Part shown: positions 35,537-45,673 of the stretch, in pieces
Layout of the letters: the number at the start of each line of letters is the position of its first letter
How positions within the stretch are numbered: position 1 is the stretch's first letter
From: Aggregatilineales bacterium
Lineage (GTDB): Bacteria; Chloroflexota; Anaerolineae; Aggregatilineales; Phototrophicaceae
Direction: 5' to 3'
Assembly: GCA_046719065.1 (NCBI GenBank)
Contig: JBDNDP010000015.1
Span: forward strand, 9,616 to 73,615
DNA: 64,000 bases
The notes under the pieces: model-generated
Told to the model about the DNA's origin: nothing
Seen by the model: only the letters and a program-made list of their open reading frames with translations
Databases searched by the model: none
Program-made: the position numbers and the translations under genes

Positions 35537-35887
35537 TCACTCCGTAGATTGTAAGCGCAGCCATGTTCGCCCTATGCGAAACAGTTGGTTTGCACGCAGC
35601 GGAACGGGCTGCTCGATACGAACGTCGTCCGCCAATCCCTCGATAAAAGTGCCGTTTTTGCTGCTGCAATCTTCCAGCCACCACTGGCCCGCCCGCAGGC
35701 GAAGCTGCGCGTGGCGGCGCGAGCTAAATGTATCGCTGCGCAGGCAGATATCGTTGTCATCGCTGCGTCCCAGCCGCAGCAGCCAGTCGTCGCCTTCTCG
35801 TGTCCCGTCGCCGTTCTCCAAGGCAAAACTAAGCAGCAGACCGTCTTCTACGCCGCTCATGATCATCAGCTCAACTCTTGTCTGCAC
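35537..35887 (-). CDS. Stand-alone FHA domain protein
   Basis: LGR..NDI, SRRHA, DCSSKNGTF; 3 bp upstream of the ClpN-kinase gene. Confidence 0.9.
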   Translation of the reverse strand: MQTRVELMIMSGVEDGLLLSFALENGDGTREGDDWLLRLGRSDDNDICLRSDTFSSRRHAQLRLRAGQWWLEDCSSKNGTFIEGLADDVRIEQPVPLRANQLFRIGRTWLRLQSTE

Positions 35888-36026
35888 TCAGCAGTCTCCG
35901 CGATGCGTACTTCTCAACTTTAGTTAGTATACTCGCCCGCTTCGAAAATCGTCTTAAACCCCTTGCTCTGGCTCACAAGGTGTGCTATTGTCTACAGTGT
36001 AACTTAACAACCTTATAGTCAGCAGT

Positions 36027-36126
36027 CTCTTATCCAGAGCGGTGGAGGGATCGGCCCTGTGAAACCGCGGCAACCCCCTTAATGGGAAGGTGCCAAGTCC
36101 GGCAGACATGTTCTGGAAGATGAGAG
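36027..36126 (+). ncRNA. SAM-I (S-box) riboswitch
   Basis: CTCTTATCCAGAG.GGTGGAGGGA..GGCCC..TGAAACC.CGGCAACC...GGTGCCAA.TCC...GAAGATGAGAG matches the S-box consensus; upstream of a Met biosynthesis gene. Confidence 0.96.
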
Positions 36127-36161
36127 CGGCTCTTCGGCCTCGCCGGCTGAAAGACGACCTC

Positions 36162-36190
36162 AAAGACTTCATGCCGAAGTCTTTTTTCTT
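36162..36190 (+). terminator. Riboswitch expression-platform terminator
   Basis: AAAGACTTC-ATGCC-GAAGTCTTTTTT. Confidence 0.85.
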
Positions 36191-36244
36191 GCACTCTGGA
36201 TAAGCGTTTATTCAGGGTGCATTTTTATTAGCAAGGAGCGGCAT

Positions 36245-37558
36245 ATGCTAGACAATATCGATCGTCAAACAGAAGCTGAGCAAAACGAGCAAAACGGCAT
36301 TCGCACGCTAAAAGCAGGCACCAATACCCGCGCTGTGCATGGCGGTGCGAATCGGCATAAGGCCCATAATGCACTGACGACCCCGCTAGTGCAGACGGCC
36401 ACCTATACGTTTCGCGACACGCAAGACCTCATCCAATTCATGGAAAGCAAGACATGGGGCGATGGAGATGACCGGGAAGAATACGGCCGCTATGGCAACC
36501 CGACGGTCACGGCTGTTGAGCGCAAACTGGCAGCGCTTGATGGAGGTGACGATGCAGTTTTATTCGCGTCAGGCATGGCCGCCATTACTTCAACTCTGCT
36601 GACAATTCTGCCGGCTGGGGCGCACATCGTCATCACAGATGACTGTTATCGGCGCACGCGACAGTTCTGCCTGACATTCCTTAAACGTTTTGGTATCGAG
36701 ACGACTGTTGTGCCAATGGGCGATTATGAAGCGATGGAAGCCGCCATCGTGCCCAAGAAGACCCGTTTGATTATTTCTGAAAGCCCGACCAATCCCTATT
36801 TGCGCATCGCCAATCTTGAAAAGATCGCGCAGCTTGGCCAGCGACATCGTGTGCTCACCGTGATCGACAGCACTTTCGCCACGCCGATCAATCAGCGTCC
36901 GCTGGAGTGGGGGATCGATCTGGTCATCCACAGCGCGACGAAATATCTCTCCGGCCATAATGATATCCTCGCCGGAGTAGTTGTGGGTCGTGGCGATCGC
37001 ATTCGCGCTTTGCGCGAGAGCCGCGGCGTGCTAGGCGGGATTGTCGATCCTCATGCTGCCTTTCTGCTTGATCGAGGCCTCAAGACATTAGGCGTTCGCC
37101 TCGGCCAGCAAAATGCCAGCGCCCTCGCGATCGCTCGCTTTCTTGAAGCGCACCCTGCCATTGAGCGCGTCTGGTATCCCGGGCTGCCTTCACACCCCGA
37201 TCATGAGGTCGCGGCGGCTCAAATGGTCGGTTTTGGGGGCGTGGTCACGTTCGAGGTAAAAGGGGATTTGCAAACGACCGGCCAGTTCATCGATCGGCTT
37301 CGCATCCCTTATATCGCGCCAAGTCTTGGGGGTGTCGAAACTTTGATCGAGCAGCCCGCATTGATGAGCTATTATGAGAAAACGAGCGAGGAACGTGCAG
37401 CGCTCGGCATCAAAGATAACCTCGTTCGGCTCGCTGTGGGCATCGAAGACACCGACGATTTGATCGAAGATTTAGAACAGGCGCTGACAGTTCTGCCGAC
37501 TTACAAAACCTATATTCGCGGTCTCGAGGTATTATGGGAAACGCGTTTTCGCAGTTGA
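36245..37558 (+). CDS. metB: Cystathionine gamma-synthase (PLP trans-sulfuration family, plant-CGS-like)
   Basis: YGRYGNPT, FASGMAA, ESPTNP, HSATKYLSGH, IAPSLGG; under SAM-I control. Confidence 0.85.
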   Translation: MLDNIDRQTEAEQNEQNGIRTLKAGTNTRAVHGGANRHKAHNALTTPLVQTATYTFRDTQDLIQFMESKTWGDGDDREEYGRYGNPTVTAVERKLAALDGGDDAVLFASGMAAITSTLLTILPAGAHIVITDDCYRRTRQFCLTFLKRFGIETTVVPMGDYEAMEAAIVPKKTRLIISESPTNPYLRIANLEKIAQLGQRHRVLTVIDSTFATPINQRPLEWGIDLVIHSATKYLSGHNDILAGVVVGRGDRIRALRESRGVLGGIVDPHAAFLLDRGLKTLGVRLGQQNASALAIARFLEAHPAIERVWYPGLPSHPDHEVAAAQMVGFGGVVTFEVKGDLQTTGQFIDRLRIPYIAPSLGGVETLIEQPALMSYYEKTSEERAALGIKDNLVRLAVGIEDTDDLIEDLEQALTVLPTYKTYIRGLEVLWETRFRS

Positions 37559-37570
37559 GCGATCGTCGTT

Positions 37571-38872
37571 TCAGTGCGTATGAGGTTGGGCTTCTGGCTC
37601 GATGATCGCACGCAGAGCGTCTAACGTCGGTTCAGCGTGATGAATCCGGTTTGGACAGACTGCCGAGATCCCCTCAATTGCGTCGTTGTGATAGTCGATC
37701 GTGACATCAGGGTCTTTGAGAATGTGACCCGTCAAAATGCCGACAACGGTTTCATGAGGCTGGATTACGCCTGTTGCTGCCAGCTTGCGCAGACCGGCCA
37801 ATGTGCAGCCGGAGGCCGGTTCGCAGCCGATGCCCTGTCCATCGATTAGCGCTTTTGCCTCCAAAATTTCCTGATCGCTTACTTGCTCAACGACGCCGTC
37901 CGTCCAGCGTAATGCGCGCACAGCTTTTGGATAATTTACAGGATTCCCAATTTTAATGGCGGTGGCGATCGTCTCAGCAGTGATTGGGCGCAGCGCATCA
38001 AAACCGCGCTGGTAGCTGGCATAGAGCGGGTTGGCCCCCTCCGCTTGGACGATCGCGAGTCGCGGCATTCGGTCGATCAACCCGAGCTGGTGAAGTTCGT
38101 ACAAGGCCTTGCCAAAGGCGGAACTGTTGCCGAGGTTGCCCCCTGGGCAGATGATCCAATCTGGCGCGCGCCAGCGCAGTTGTTGGATCGCTTCGAACAC
38201 GATCGATTTTTGGCCTTCAAGGCGAAACGGATTGACCGAGTTCAGCACGTAGATGCCCAGCGCGTTTGAGATCTCGCGCACGAGTTGAAGGTTGCGGTCG
38301 AAATCCGCAGCGATGCGGATGCAGGTTGCGCCATAAGCGATCGCCTGCGACAGCTTGCCCAGCGCGATTTGTTTATTCTGAAATAGGACGATGCCTTGAA
38401 TGCCGCTCCATGCCGCATAAGCTGCGAGCGATGCCGATGTATTGCCGGTTGATGCGCAGGCGACCCGCCGCATACCTAGCGCGCGCGCCTGCGTTAGCCC
38501 GCCCGTCATGCCTCGATCCTTGAACGATCCGGTCGGGTTTTCACCTTCGTGTTTCAGATAAAGCGTCTCGATACCCGCCCACTGTGCCAGCCGGGGTGCC
38601 CGGTAAAGGTTCGTATTGCCTTCTGGCCGGCTGACGATCTGTTCGTCAGGAACTTCAGGGTAAACAAGTTCTTTGTATCGCCATACGCCGCTGTTGTATG
38701 GAGGCTCGAGCGTTCCCAAACGCGCGTCAAAGATCTGCTGGCTCAGTCGTTTGCGCAGCCCATCGAGATCGTGCTGCACATCGAGCAGCCCGCCGCATGC
38801 ATCGCAGACGTAGATAACGGCATTGGTTGGGTATTGCCGCCCACAATCCATACATTGTAATATGCTGCGCAT
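37571..38872 (-). CDS. thrC: Threonine synthase
   Basis: NPTGSFKDRG, CASTGNTSAS, PGGNLGN, TGHILKDP; N-terminal CxxC..CxxC. Confidence 0.94.
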   Translation of the reverse strand: MRSILQCMDCGRQYPTNAVIYVCDACGGLLDVQHDLDGLRKRLSQQIFDARLGTLEPPYNSGVWRYKELVYPEVPDEQIVSRPEGNTNLYRAPRLAQWAGIETLYLKHEGENPTGSFKDRGMTGGLTQARALGMRRVACASTGNTSASLAAYAAWSGIQGIVLFQNKQIALGKLSQAIAYGATCIRIAADFDRNLQLVREISNALGIYVLNSVNPFRLEGQKSIVFEAIQQLRWRAPDWIICPGGNLGNSSAFGKALYELHQLGLIDRMPRLAIVQAEGANPLYASYQRGFDALRPITAETIATAIKIGNPVNYPKAVRALRWTDGVVEQVSDQEILEAKALIDGQGIGCEPASGCTLAGLRKLAATGVIQPHETVVGILTGHILKDPDVTIDYHNDAIEGISAVCPNRIHHAEPTLDALRAIIEPEAQPHTH

Positions 38873-38919
38873 AAACACCTCGCTTTGCGGCATTGCGTTC
38901 GTTAAGGATAACAAGTCTC

Positions 38920-39876
38920 ATGCCAATTTCCAGAGCCGAAGCCTACGCGCCCGCCACCGTTGCGAATTTAGGTGTCGGCTTTGATGTGCTAGGCCTCGCA
39001 TTGGACCGACCCGGTGACATCATCATCGCCGAATGGGGTGAAGCTCAAGGCGTGACGATCGCCGCCATCGAGGGGGATGATGGTCGTTTGCCGCGCGATG
39101 CTGCTAAGAATACCGCTGGTGCAGCGGCGGCCAGCGTGCTTCGTTTGGCCGGCGAAACGCGCGGCGTCAAGCTGTCGATTATGAAGGGACTGCCCTCCGC
39201 CAGTGGATTGGGCAGCAGTGCCGCTAGCGCTGTGGGCGCGGCGCTGGCAGTCAATGCCTTGATCGGCGAGCCTTTCACTCGCGGTGAGCTGCTGCCAGCT
39301 TGCCTTGATGGAGAGGCAATCGCTAGCGGTTACCATGCCGATAACGTCGCCCCTTGTTTGTTTGGGGGCATCACGCTCGCCTACGGTCTCACCAGCGATC
39401 AAATCATCAGCCTGCCAGTTCCGTCTGGGCTGTGGCTGGCGTTAGTCACGCCCGCGGTTGAGGTGCCGACGATGGCAGCGCGGGCTGCGCTGCCCGCTTC
39501 CGTTCCCTTGCGGATGTTAGTCGCACAAACTGCCGGGATAGCTCGGCTCGTTAGCGCCCTTTATACAAATGACGTTGCATCCATCGCAGCCGCGATGGAA
39601 ATGGATAAAGTGATTGAACCGGCGCGAGCGCATTTGATGCCGCTCCTCGACGAGGCGCGCGCAGCCGCAAAACGTGCCGGCGCGCTTGGCTTGACGATCA
39701 GCGGCGCAGGACCGACGCTGATGGCGGTCTGCAACTCAGAGTCTGCTGCATTCGCTGCTGCCGAGGCGATGGCGTTTTTGTACGCCGAGGCCGGTCTTGA
39801 TAACCGGATGCAGGTGACCACGATCTCGACAGTGGGCGCTGAGGTCCGCAGAGTGACGGAAGCGGCCAGTTTGTGA
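38920..39876 (+). CDS. thrB: Homoserine kinase
   Basis: PATVANLGVGFDVLG, GLGSSAAS, HADNVAP, ISGAGPT. Confidence 0.94.
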   Translation: MPISRAEAYAPATVANLGVGFDVLGLALDRPGDIIIAEWGEAQGVTIAAIEGDDGRLPRDAAKNTAGAAAASVLRLAGETRGVKLSIMKGLPSASGLGSSAASAVGAALAVNALIGEPFTRGELLPACLDGEAIASGYHADNVAPCLFGGITLAYGLTSDQIISLPVPSGLWLALVTPAVEVPTMAARAALPASVPLRMLVAQTAGIARLVSALYTNDVASIAAAMEMDKVIEPARAHLMPLLDEARAAAKRAGALGLTISGAGPTLMAVCNSESAAFAAAEAMAFLYAEAGLDNRMQVTTISTVGAEVRRVTEAASL

Positions 39877-39881
39877 AATCG

Positions 39882-39910
39882 TTGACAAACATACGGTCGC
39901 TTTCTATACT
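39882..39910 (+). promoter_or_regulatory. Sigma70-type promoter of the ALDH gene
   Basis: TTGACA, 17 nt, TATACT. Confidence 0.75.
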
Positions 39911-39979
39911 TTCTTCGCCTGTCTTCTGAAAAATTAACCTGTTTAAGTTGTTTCAAACGCAGCGAAAAGAGCATGTTTT

Positions 39980-41455
39980 ATGGTTGACTATGTCAAAAAC
40001 TACATCAATGGCGAGTGGGTTAGCGCGCGTTCAGGGGAAGTTTTTGACAGCTTCAACCCAGCGACGGGTGCACTGTTTGCGCGTGCGCCGCTGAGCGGTG
40101 CCGATGACGTTAGTGCAGCCGTCGCTGCCGCCAAGAACGCTTACCGGGAATGGCGGCTTGTGCCTGCGCCGCGCCGTGGCGAAATCCTCTTTCGCGTCGC
40201 GCAGATTTTGGAGTCGCGCAAAGAGACGCTCGCCCGAACCATGACTCAGGAAATGGGCAAAGTCATCTCGGAGGCGCGCGGCGACGTTCAGGAAGCCATC
40301 GATATGGCGTATTACATGGGCGGCGAGGGCCGTCGCCTGCTCGGCTACACCGCCCCAGTCGAAATGCCCGAAAAATTCGGCATGGCCCTGCGCGACTCGG
40401 TCGGGGTGGTCGGTCTGGTGACGCCGTGGAATTTCCCAGTTGCGGTGCCCAGTTGGAAGATGCTGCCTGCGCTGGTGGCCGGCAATGCCATTGTTTGGAA
40501 GCCAAGCGAGGAAACGCCGCGCACCGCGGCGGAATTTGTAGCTGTTTTTGCTGAAGCGGGGCTGCCAGCGGGCGTGCTCAACTTGGTGCATGGTGCCGGG
40601 GCAACTGGCGAGGCTTTGGTCGTTCACCCGGATGTCCGCGTGATCTCTTTCACCGGGTCAACGGTCACCGGCTTAAGGGTCTATACGCAGGCTGCGGCGC
40701 TTGGCAAAAAAGTCTGTCTGGAGATGGGCGGCAAGAACGCCATCATTGTCCTTGACGATGCCAATCTCGATCTGGCGATCAAAGCCATTACGTGGAGCGC
40801 CTATGGCACGACGGGCCAACGCTGCACGGCGGCCAGCCGCCTGATCGTGCAGCGGGGCATCAAAACTCAGTTGGTCGAGGCGCTGCGCGCGCGGGCACAG
40901 GCGCTTAAACTGGGCGACGGGTTGGATCCCTCCGTCGAAGTTGGCCCGCTGGTTAACCAGAAAGCACTCGATAAAGTGGAGCATTACGTCAGCGTTGGCA
41001 GACGCGAAGGCGCCGCACTCATCACAGGCGGCGCGCGCGCCGAATTAGGGCAGGGGCTGTTCTATCAGCCAACCTTGTTTGCTGATGTCTCACCTGAGAT
41101 GACGATTGCTCGCGAAGAAATTTTCGGCCCTGTGCTGTCCGTGATCGAGGTCGATACGCTGGAGCAGGCGGTCGAAGTCAACAACAGTGTTATTTATGGC
41201 TTATCGAGCAGCATTTTTACCGAGAATGTGAATGCTGCGTTTCGCGCTATTCGCGACTTAACCACGGGCATCGTCTATATTAATCATGGAACGACGGGCG
41301 CAGAAATCCAGTTTCCATTCGGGGGTACGCGCGGTACCGGCAATGGCATGCGCGAAGCGGGGCAAACCGCTCTGGACAGTTTCACGGAGTGGAAGTCGGT
41401 TTATGTCGATTACAGCGGCCGTTTACAGCGTGCGCAAATTGATAATCGTGAGTGA
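39980..41455 (+). CDS. Aldehyde dehydrogenase family protein
   Basis: TPWNFP, FTGS, LEMGGKN, GQRCTA, EEIFGPV. Confidence 0.95.
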   Translation: MVDYVKNYINGEWVSARSGEVFDSFNPATGALFARAPLSGADDVSAAVAAAKNAYREWRLVPAPRRGEILFRVAQILESRKETLARTMTQEMGKVISEARGDVQEAIDMAYYMGGEGRRLLGYTAPVEMPEKFGMALRDSVGVVGLVTPWNFPVAVPSWKMLPALVAGNAIVWKPSEETPRTAAEFVAVFAEAGLPAGVLNLVHGAGATGEALVVHPDVRVISFTGSTVTGLRVYTQAAALGKKVCLEMGGKNAIIVLDDANLDLAIKAITWSAYGTTGQRCTAASRLIVQRGIKTQLVEALRARAQALKLGDGLDPSVEVGPLVNQKALDKVEHYVSVGRREGAALITGGARAELGQGLFYQPTLFADVSPEMTIAREEIFGPVLSVIEVDTLEQAVEVNNSVIYGLSSSIFTENVNAAFRAIRDLTTGIVYINHGTTGAEIQFPFGGTRGTGNGMREAGQTALDSFTEWKSVYVDYSGRLQRAQIDNRE

Positions 41456-41549
41456 ACGCTGATGAATTTCGCTGATGACTTTCAACTTTTTCTCAGGGAA
41501 TTTGGCCTAACCTATGTTAGACTGGTAAGTGAGGCGGGTTAATTTCATT

Positions 41550-41759
41550 GTGAGCGGATTGTATTGGGACTCTTCCTATGAAATCGTCCTCAGTTTAATG
41601 GAAGCGCATGCAGGGATTGACTTGGAGACCGTTGGCATTGGCCAGCTTTACGAATGGATCATCGCGCTGCCAAATTTTGCCGACGATCCGGCGGTCGTCA
41701 ACGAAGGAATCCTAAATGAGATTCTACGAGAGTGGTATGAGGAGGCTAGCGCTCGATGA
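41550..41759 (+). CDS. iscX: Fe-S assembly protein IscX/YfhJ-like
   Basis: [10 protein letters not shown]...[26 protein letters not shown] parallels the IscX pattern; stop overlaps the nuoB start (ATGA). Exact start uncertain. Confidence 0.8.
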   Translation: MSGLYWDSSYEIVLSLMEAHAGIDLETVGIGQLYEWIIALPNFADDPAVVNEGILNEILREWYEEASAR

Positions 41760-42604
41760 GTGGGCTTAAATTACCGGAACTGCACAGCCCTGAATTTCCA
41801 GTTCCAAACGATTTGCAAGAAAATATCGCTATCACCAGTCTCAGCCGCATTTACAACTGGAGCCGCCGCTCCTCGATGTGGCCAATGCTGTTTGGTTTGG
41901 CCTGCTGTGCGATCGAAATGATCGCCACCGCGGCATCCCGCTATGATGTAGCGCGCTTTGGGATGGAAGTGATGCGCGCCAGTCCACGACAAAGTGATTT
42001 GATGATCGTCTCAGGTACTGTCACCAAAAAGATGGTCGTCCCGATTGTGCGCCTTTATAACCAGATGCCAGAACCCAAATATGTGCTGGCTATGGGCGCC
42101 TGCGCCAGCGGTGGCGGCCCATTTAAGGAGGGCTACAACGTCGTTTCAGGCATTGATCAATATATCCCGGTCGATGTCTATGTGCCGGGCTGCCCACCGA
42201 CGCCGCAGGCGCTGCTTTACGGGTTAATTGCGCTTCAAAAGAAGATCGACGGGCAATCACTGGCAAACTTCGATGACGTGCCGTGGTATGGGGTTGGCCC
42301 GTCCGACCCAGTGCCTGTGCCAGTGCTGGGCCCAGACATCATCGATCCGCGTCAAATGGAACTGATTCGGCGCCAGGCGGAGCTGGCGGCCGCCGGTCAG
42401 CCTTTTGGCACGCGCGAGCTGCCGGCGGCGGCGATCGCCGATGTTGAGAGAGCGGCTGCTGCCAGCAAACCGGCGGCGCCGGCTGTCACTGCCCCGCCGA
42501 CGGCTGCTGAGGTCGCAGAGGTCGATCCGGAGAAAGCAGAGCGTTTGCGTAAACGCGAAGAAGCGCTAGCCCGTAAGCGTGCAAAACAAGGTACTGCGGA
42601 GTAA
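41756..42604 (+). CDS. nuoB: NADH-quinone oxidoreductase subunit B with C-terminal extension
   Basis: [26 protein letters not shown]. Confidence 0.95.
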   Translation: MSGLKLPELHSPEFPVPNDLQENIAITSLSRIYNWSRRSSMWPMLFGLACCAIEMIATAASRYDVARFGMEVMRASPRQSDLMIVSGTVTKKMVVPIVRLYNQMPEPKYVLAMGACASGGGPFKEGYNVVSGIDQYIPVDVYVPGCPPTPQALLYGLIALQKKIDGQSLANFDDVPWYGVGPSDPVPVPVLGPDIIDPRQMELIRRQAELAAAGQPFGTRELPAAAIADVERAAAASKPAAPAVTAPPTAAEVAEVDPEKAERLRKREEALARKRAKQGTAE

Positions 42605-42606
42605 AC

Positions 42607-44484
42607 ATGGCAGATAAACCTATCCTCGCCCCTGAAGAATTGGCAGCGGCTGATGTCGAAGCCGCTATCGGCTATCTGAAAGATAAATACCCCGAGGCGG
42701 TGAGCGATGACACCCGCAGCGGTTACAGCGGCATCATCGTCGACCGCGCATCGCTGGTTGAAGTCGCACAAACCATCCGTGATGAACTGGGCTTCAATTA
42801 TCTCTCCAGCGCGACCGCCGTTGACTACTACGGCATTTCTGACCATATGGAAATGGTCTACCATGCCTATCGTATTTCTGGCGGGCCGGCGCTGGTCTTC
42901 AAAGCGCAAACACCGCGCGACCGCGCTGAGGTGCCGTCGCTGGTAAGTGTTTGGCCCGGCGCGGATTTTCAAGAGCGCGAAGCCTATGATCTGTTCGGGA
43001 TCGTTTTCCCCGGGCATCCTAATTTGAAACGCATCTTGCTATGGGATGGGTTTAACGGCCATCCGATGCGCAAGGATTGGAAAGAAGCCTACTACGAAGA
43101 AGACCATAAACCGTTTGAGAGCCGCTGGCCCAAAGGCTACGTTCGCCGTGCCGAAGAACTCAACGCCTTTGGCAAAAATGTGCGCTACCCTGCCGATATT
43201 GACCTGGGAAATTTAACCGATACCTCCGAACAGTCGCTGTACAGCGGCATGGGCCTCGGCGTGAACGTCTCCAATTTCGAGTCGGCTGATGGCCTGCGCA
43301 CCGATCGATTGGTCGTCAACCTTGGTCCACACCATCCGAGCACGCACGGGGTGTTCCGCATGGTCGTCACGCTCAATGGCGAGACCATTGAGTCGCTTGA
43401 GCCGGTGATGGGCTATCTGCATCGCAATCACGAGAAGATTGGCGAGCGGAATGCATGGCTGCACAATATGCCGTTCACTGACCGGCTTGATTATATTTCC
43501 AGCATGAGTAATAACCTCGGCTATGCGCTGGCCGTTGAAAAGCTGCTGGCCACTGGCGCGCGTTATGCGCCTCCGACCTATCGAGCTGAAGTCATCCGCG
43601 TGTTAATGGTCGAGCTGACCCGCATCGTCAACCATTATTGGGCAATTGGCTTTTTGCTCAATGACCTTGGCGCTTTCTTCACGCCAGCGCTGTATGCCAT
43701 CGCTGAACGTGAAAAGATCCTCGACTTTTTTGAGGCGACTGCCGGCAGCCGCATGATGTGCAACTACATGCGCTTCCAGGGCGTCTATAAAGACCTGCCG
43801 GAACGCATTCGCGGCGTTGCCAATCTGGTCAACGATCGCGTGCGCGATTTCGACACGATGGAATATCTGACCGAGTTGATTAACGAACGCATCCCGCGTT
43901 CGATCGACGAGCTGGATCGGCTGCTGACGGACAGCGAGATCATCAAGGCGCGCACGATTGGGGTCGGTTACCTGCCTCCTGAGCTGGCGATCGCTTACAG
44001 CGCTGCGGGGCCGCTGCTGCGCGCCAGCGGTGTGCCCTATGATGTGCGCCGCGCCGAACCGTACAGCATCTATCCAGAACTCGATTTTGATGTATGCGTG
44101 CGCTATAACGGCGATATCTATGATCGTTACCTCATTCGCCTCGATGAGATGCGCGAGAGTGTCCGCATCCTTAAGCAGATTTTGCCACGGCTAGAGCGAA
44201 CCAAAGGCGAAAGCATCTTCTCTGGCAACAAGGCGATCTACATGCCGCGTGTGCCAGTTGGCGAGGCCTATGGCCGTATCGAAAATCCAAAGGGCGAGTT
44301 GGGTTATTATGTCGTTTCAGAGGGCGATCCCAAAGGCCCGCAAAACCCGTGGCGTTACCATGTACGCGCTCCCAGCTTCATCAACCTAACGCCGCTTGGG
44401 TTAATGTGTCAGGGGCAAAAAGTGGCCGATGTCGTTGCCATTCTGGGCAGCATTGATATCGTGCTTGGTGAGACGGATCGATAG
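42607..44484 (+). CDS. nuoCD: Fused NADH-quinone oxidoreductase subunits C/D
   Basis: [24 protein letters not shown] (C); [30 protein letters not shown] (D). Confidence 0.95.
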   Translation: MADKPILAPEELAAADVEAAIGYLKDKYPEAVSDDTRSGYSGIIVDRASLVEVAQTIRDELGFNYLSSATAVDYYGISDHMEMVYHAYRISGGPALVFKAQTPRDRAEVPSLVSVWPGADFQEREAYDLFGIVFPGHPNLKRILLWDGFNGHPMRKDWKEAYYEEDHKPFESRWPKGYVRRAEELNAFGKNVRYPADIDLGNLTDTSEQSLYSGMGLGVNVSNFESADGLRTDRLVVNLGPHHPSTHGVFRMVVTLNGETIESLEPVMGYLHRNHEKIGERNAWLHNMPFTDRLDYISSMSNNLGYALAVEKLLATGARYAPPTYRAEVIRVLMVELTRIVNHYWAIGFLLNDLGAFFTPALYAIAEREKILDFFEATAGSRMMCNYMRFQGVYKDLPERIRGVANLVNDRVRDFDTMEYLTELINERIPRSIDELDRLLTDSEIIKARTIGVGYLPPELAIAYSAAGPLLRASGVPYDVRRAEPYSIYPELDFDVCVRYNGDIYDRYLIRLDEMRESVRILKQILPRLERTKGESIFSGNKAIYMPRVPVGEAYGRIENPKGELGYYVVSEGDPKGPQNPWRYHVRAPSFINLTPLGLMCQGQKVADVVAILGSIDIVLGETDR

Positions 44485-44532
44485 TTACGGTAAAAATCAG
44501 CCTAGCAGCTTCACAATTGTGAAGGAGATTGT

Positions 44533-45372
44533 ATGTACGGATTGGGCATCCTGAAGGGCCTCGGGGTCACCATTCAACATTTCATCAACACATTCATCGA
44601 TGATATCCGTTATGCTGGCCGCAAGTACATGGGGCAGGAAAACTTTGGGGCTCGTCAGGGATTGAAAGCCGCGGGGGCATTCACAGTTCAATATCCGGAT
44701 GAAAAATTGGCGGTGCCGGAGCGTTTCCGCTTCATTCCGTTTCTAGTCGTCGAAGACCCCGATCACCCCGAACGTCCTGGCCACGATTGGTGCACGAGTT
44801 GTGGTATCTGCGCGAAGGTGTGCCCGCCGCAGTGCATCTGGATCGTGCGCGGCGAAGACCCTGTGACCAAACGGCCGATACCAGAACCGCAGGCTTTCTT
44901 CATCGACATCGACATTTGCATGAACTGCGGGTACTGCGCTGAGTTCTGTCCGTTCGATGCGATTAAGATGGATCACGACTACGAACTGGCTAGCTACGAT
45001 CGCACTGAACATCACATTTTCGACAAAGAGAAACTCTCCAAGCCGTTCAGCTATTGGAAGACGATCGCGCCAACGACGGCGGTTGAGGAGGCAGAAGCGC
45101 GCGGCGGCTGGGAGCACCCCGACGTGATCAAAGAAAAGAAGAAGGCTGAAGCTGCCGCGGCTAAGGCCGCCGCTGCCCCCGCCGCTCCGCCCGCGCCAGC
45201 GAAGCCCGCTGAAGGCGCTGCGGCCGCTGCACAGCCGGTAGCGGAAGCTGTCGCAGAAGCGGCTCCCCCGGCGTCGGCCGCTGTAGATGAAGAAGCCGCC
45301 AAAGCCGAACGGCTGCGCAAACGTGAAGAGGCCCTCGCTCGCAAACGCGCTCGCGAACAGGGTGGTGGCTGA
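44533..45372 (+). CDS. nuoI: NADH-quinone oxidoreductase subunit I with C-terminal extension
   Basis: TVQYPDE and two CxxCxxCxxxCP motifs. Confidence 0.92.
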   Translation: MYGLGILKGLGVTIQHFINTFIDDIRYAGRKYMGQENFGARQGLKAAGAFTVQYPDEKLAVPERFRFIPFLVVEDPDHPERPGHDWCTSCGICAKVCPPQCIWIVRGEDPVTKRPIPEPQAFFIDIDICMNCGYCAEFCPFDAIKMDHDYELASYDRTEHHIFDKEKLSKPFSYWKTIAPTTAVEEAEARGGWEHPDVIKEKKKAEAAAAKAAAAPAAPPAPAKPAEGAAAAAQPVAEAVAEAAPPASAAVDEEAAKAERLRKREEALARKRAREQGGG

Positions 45373-45401
45373 GTCACAGCCTTAACTTCATCTTTCGTAT
45401 T

Positions 45402-45430
45402 AAGACCCGGCAGCACCGCCGGGTTTTTTG
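45402..45430 (+). terminator. Intrinsic terminator after nuoI
   Basis: AAGACCCGGC-AGCACC-GCCGGGTTTTTT. Confidence 0.85.
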
Positions 45431-45526
45431 GCTTTAACCCGCTAAACGGCCGCACGCCAAATTTTCATAGCCTCCTAAGACTTAGTCGCTAGTGTGATCA
45501 GAGCCGTTATAAGATGATCAACAGCC

Positions 45527-45673
45527 ATGCGCGGTGTGAAAAAAGCTCATCTCCCGACAAAGATATGCCCAGTATGCGGGCGCCCATTTATATGGCGCAA
45601 AAAGTGGGAACGTCACTGGGATGAAGTCAAGTATTGCAGCAATGCTTGTCGCCAGCGCCGGAGGATCTCGTGA
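45527..45673 (+). CDS. DUF2256 small Cys protein (48 aa), absent from the ORF track
   Basis: Hand-translated [48 protein letters not shown]; GTGA overlap with the next gene. Confidence 0.88.
   Translation: MRGVKKAHLPTKICPVCGRPFIWRKKWERHWDEVKYCSNACRQRRRIS

Noticed and set aside
42607-44484. Group 4 [NiFe]-hydrogenase large subunit
   Set aside because: No N- or C-terminal CxxC Ni-binding motifs; quinone-site HPSTHG and DRLDY are present, so it is NuoCD.
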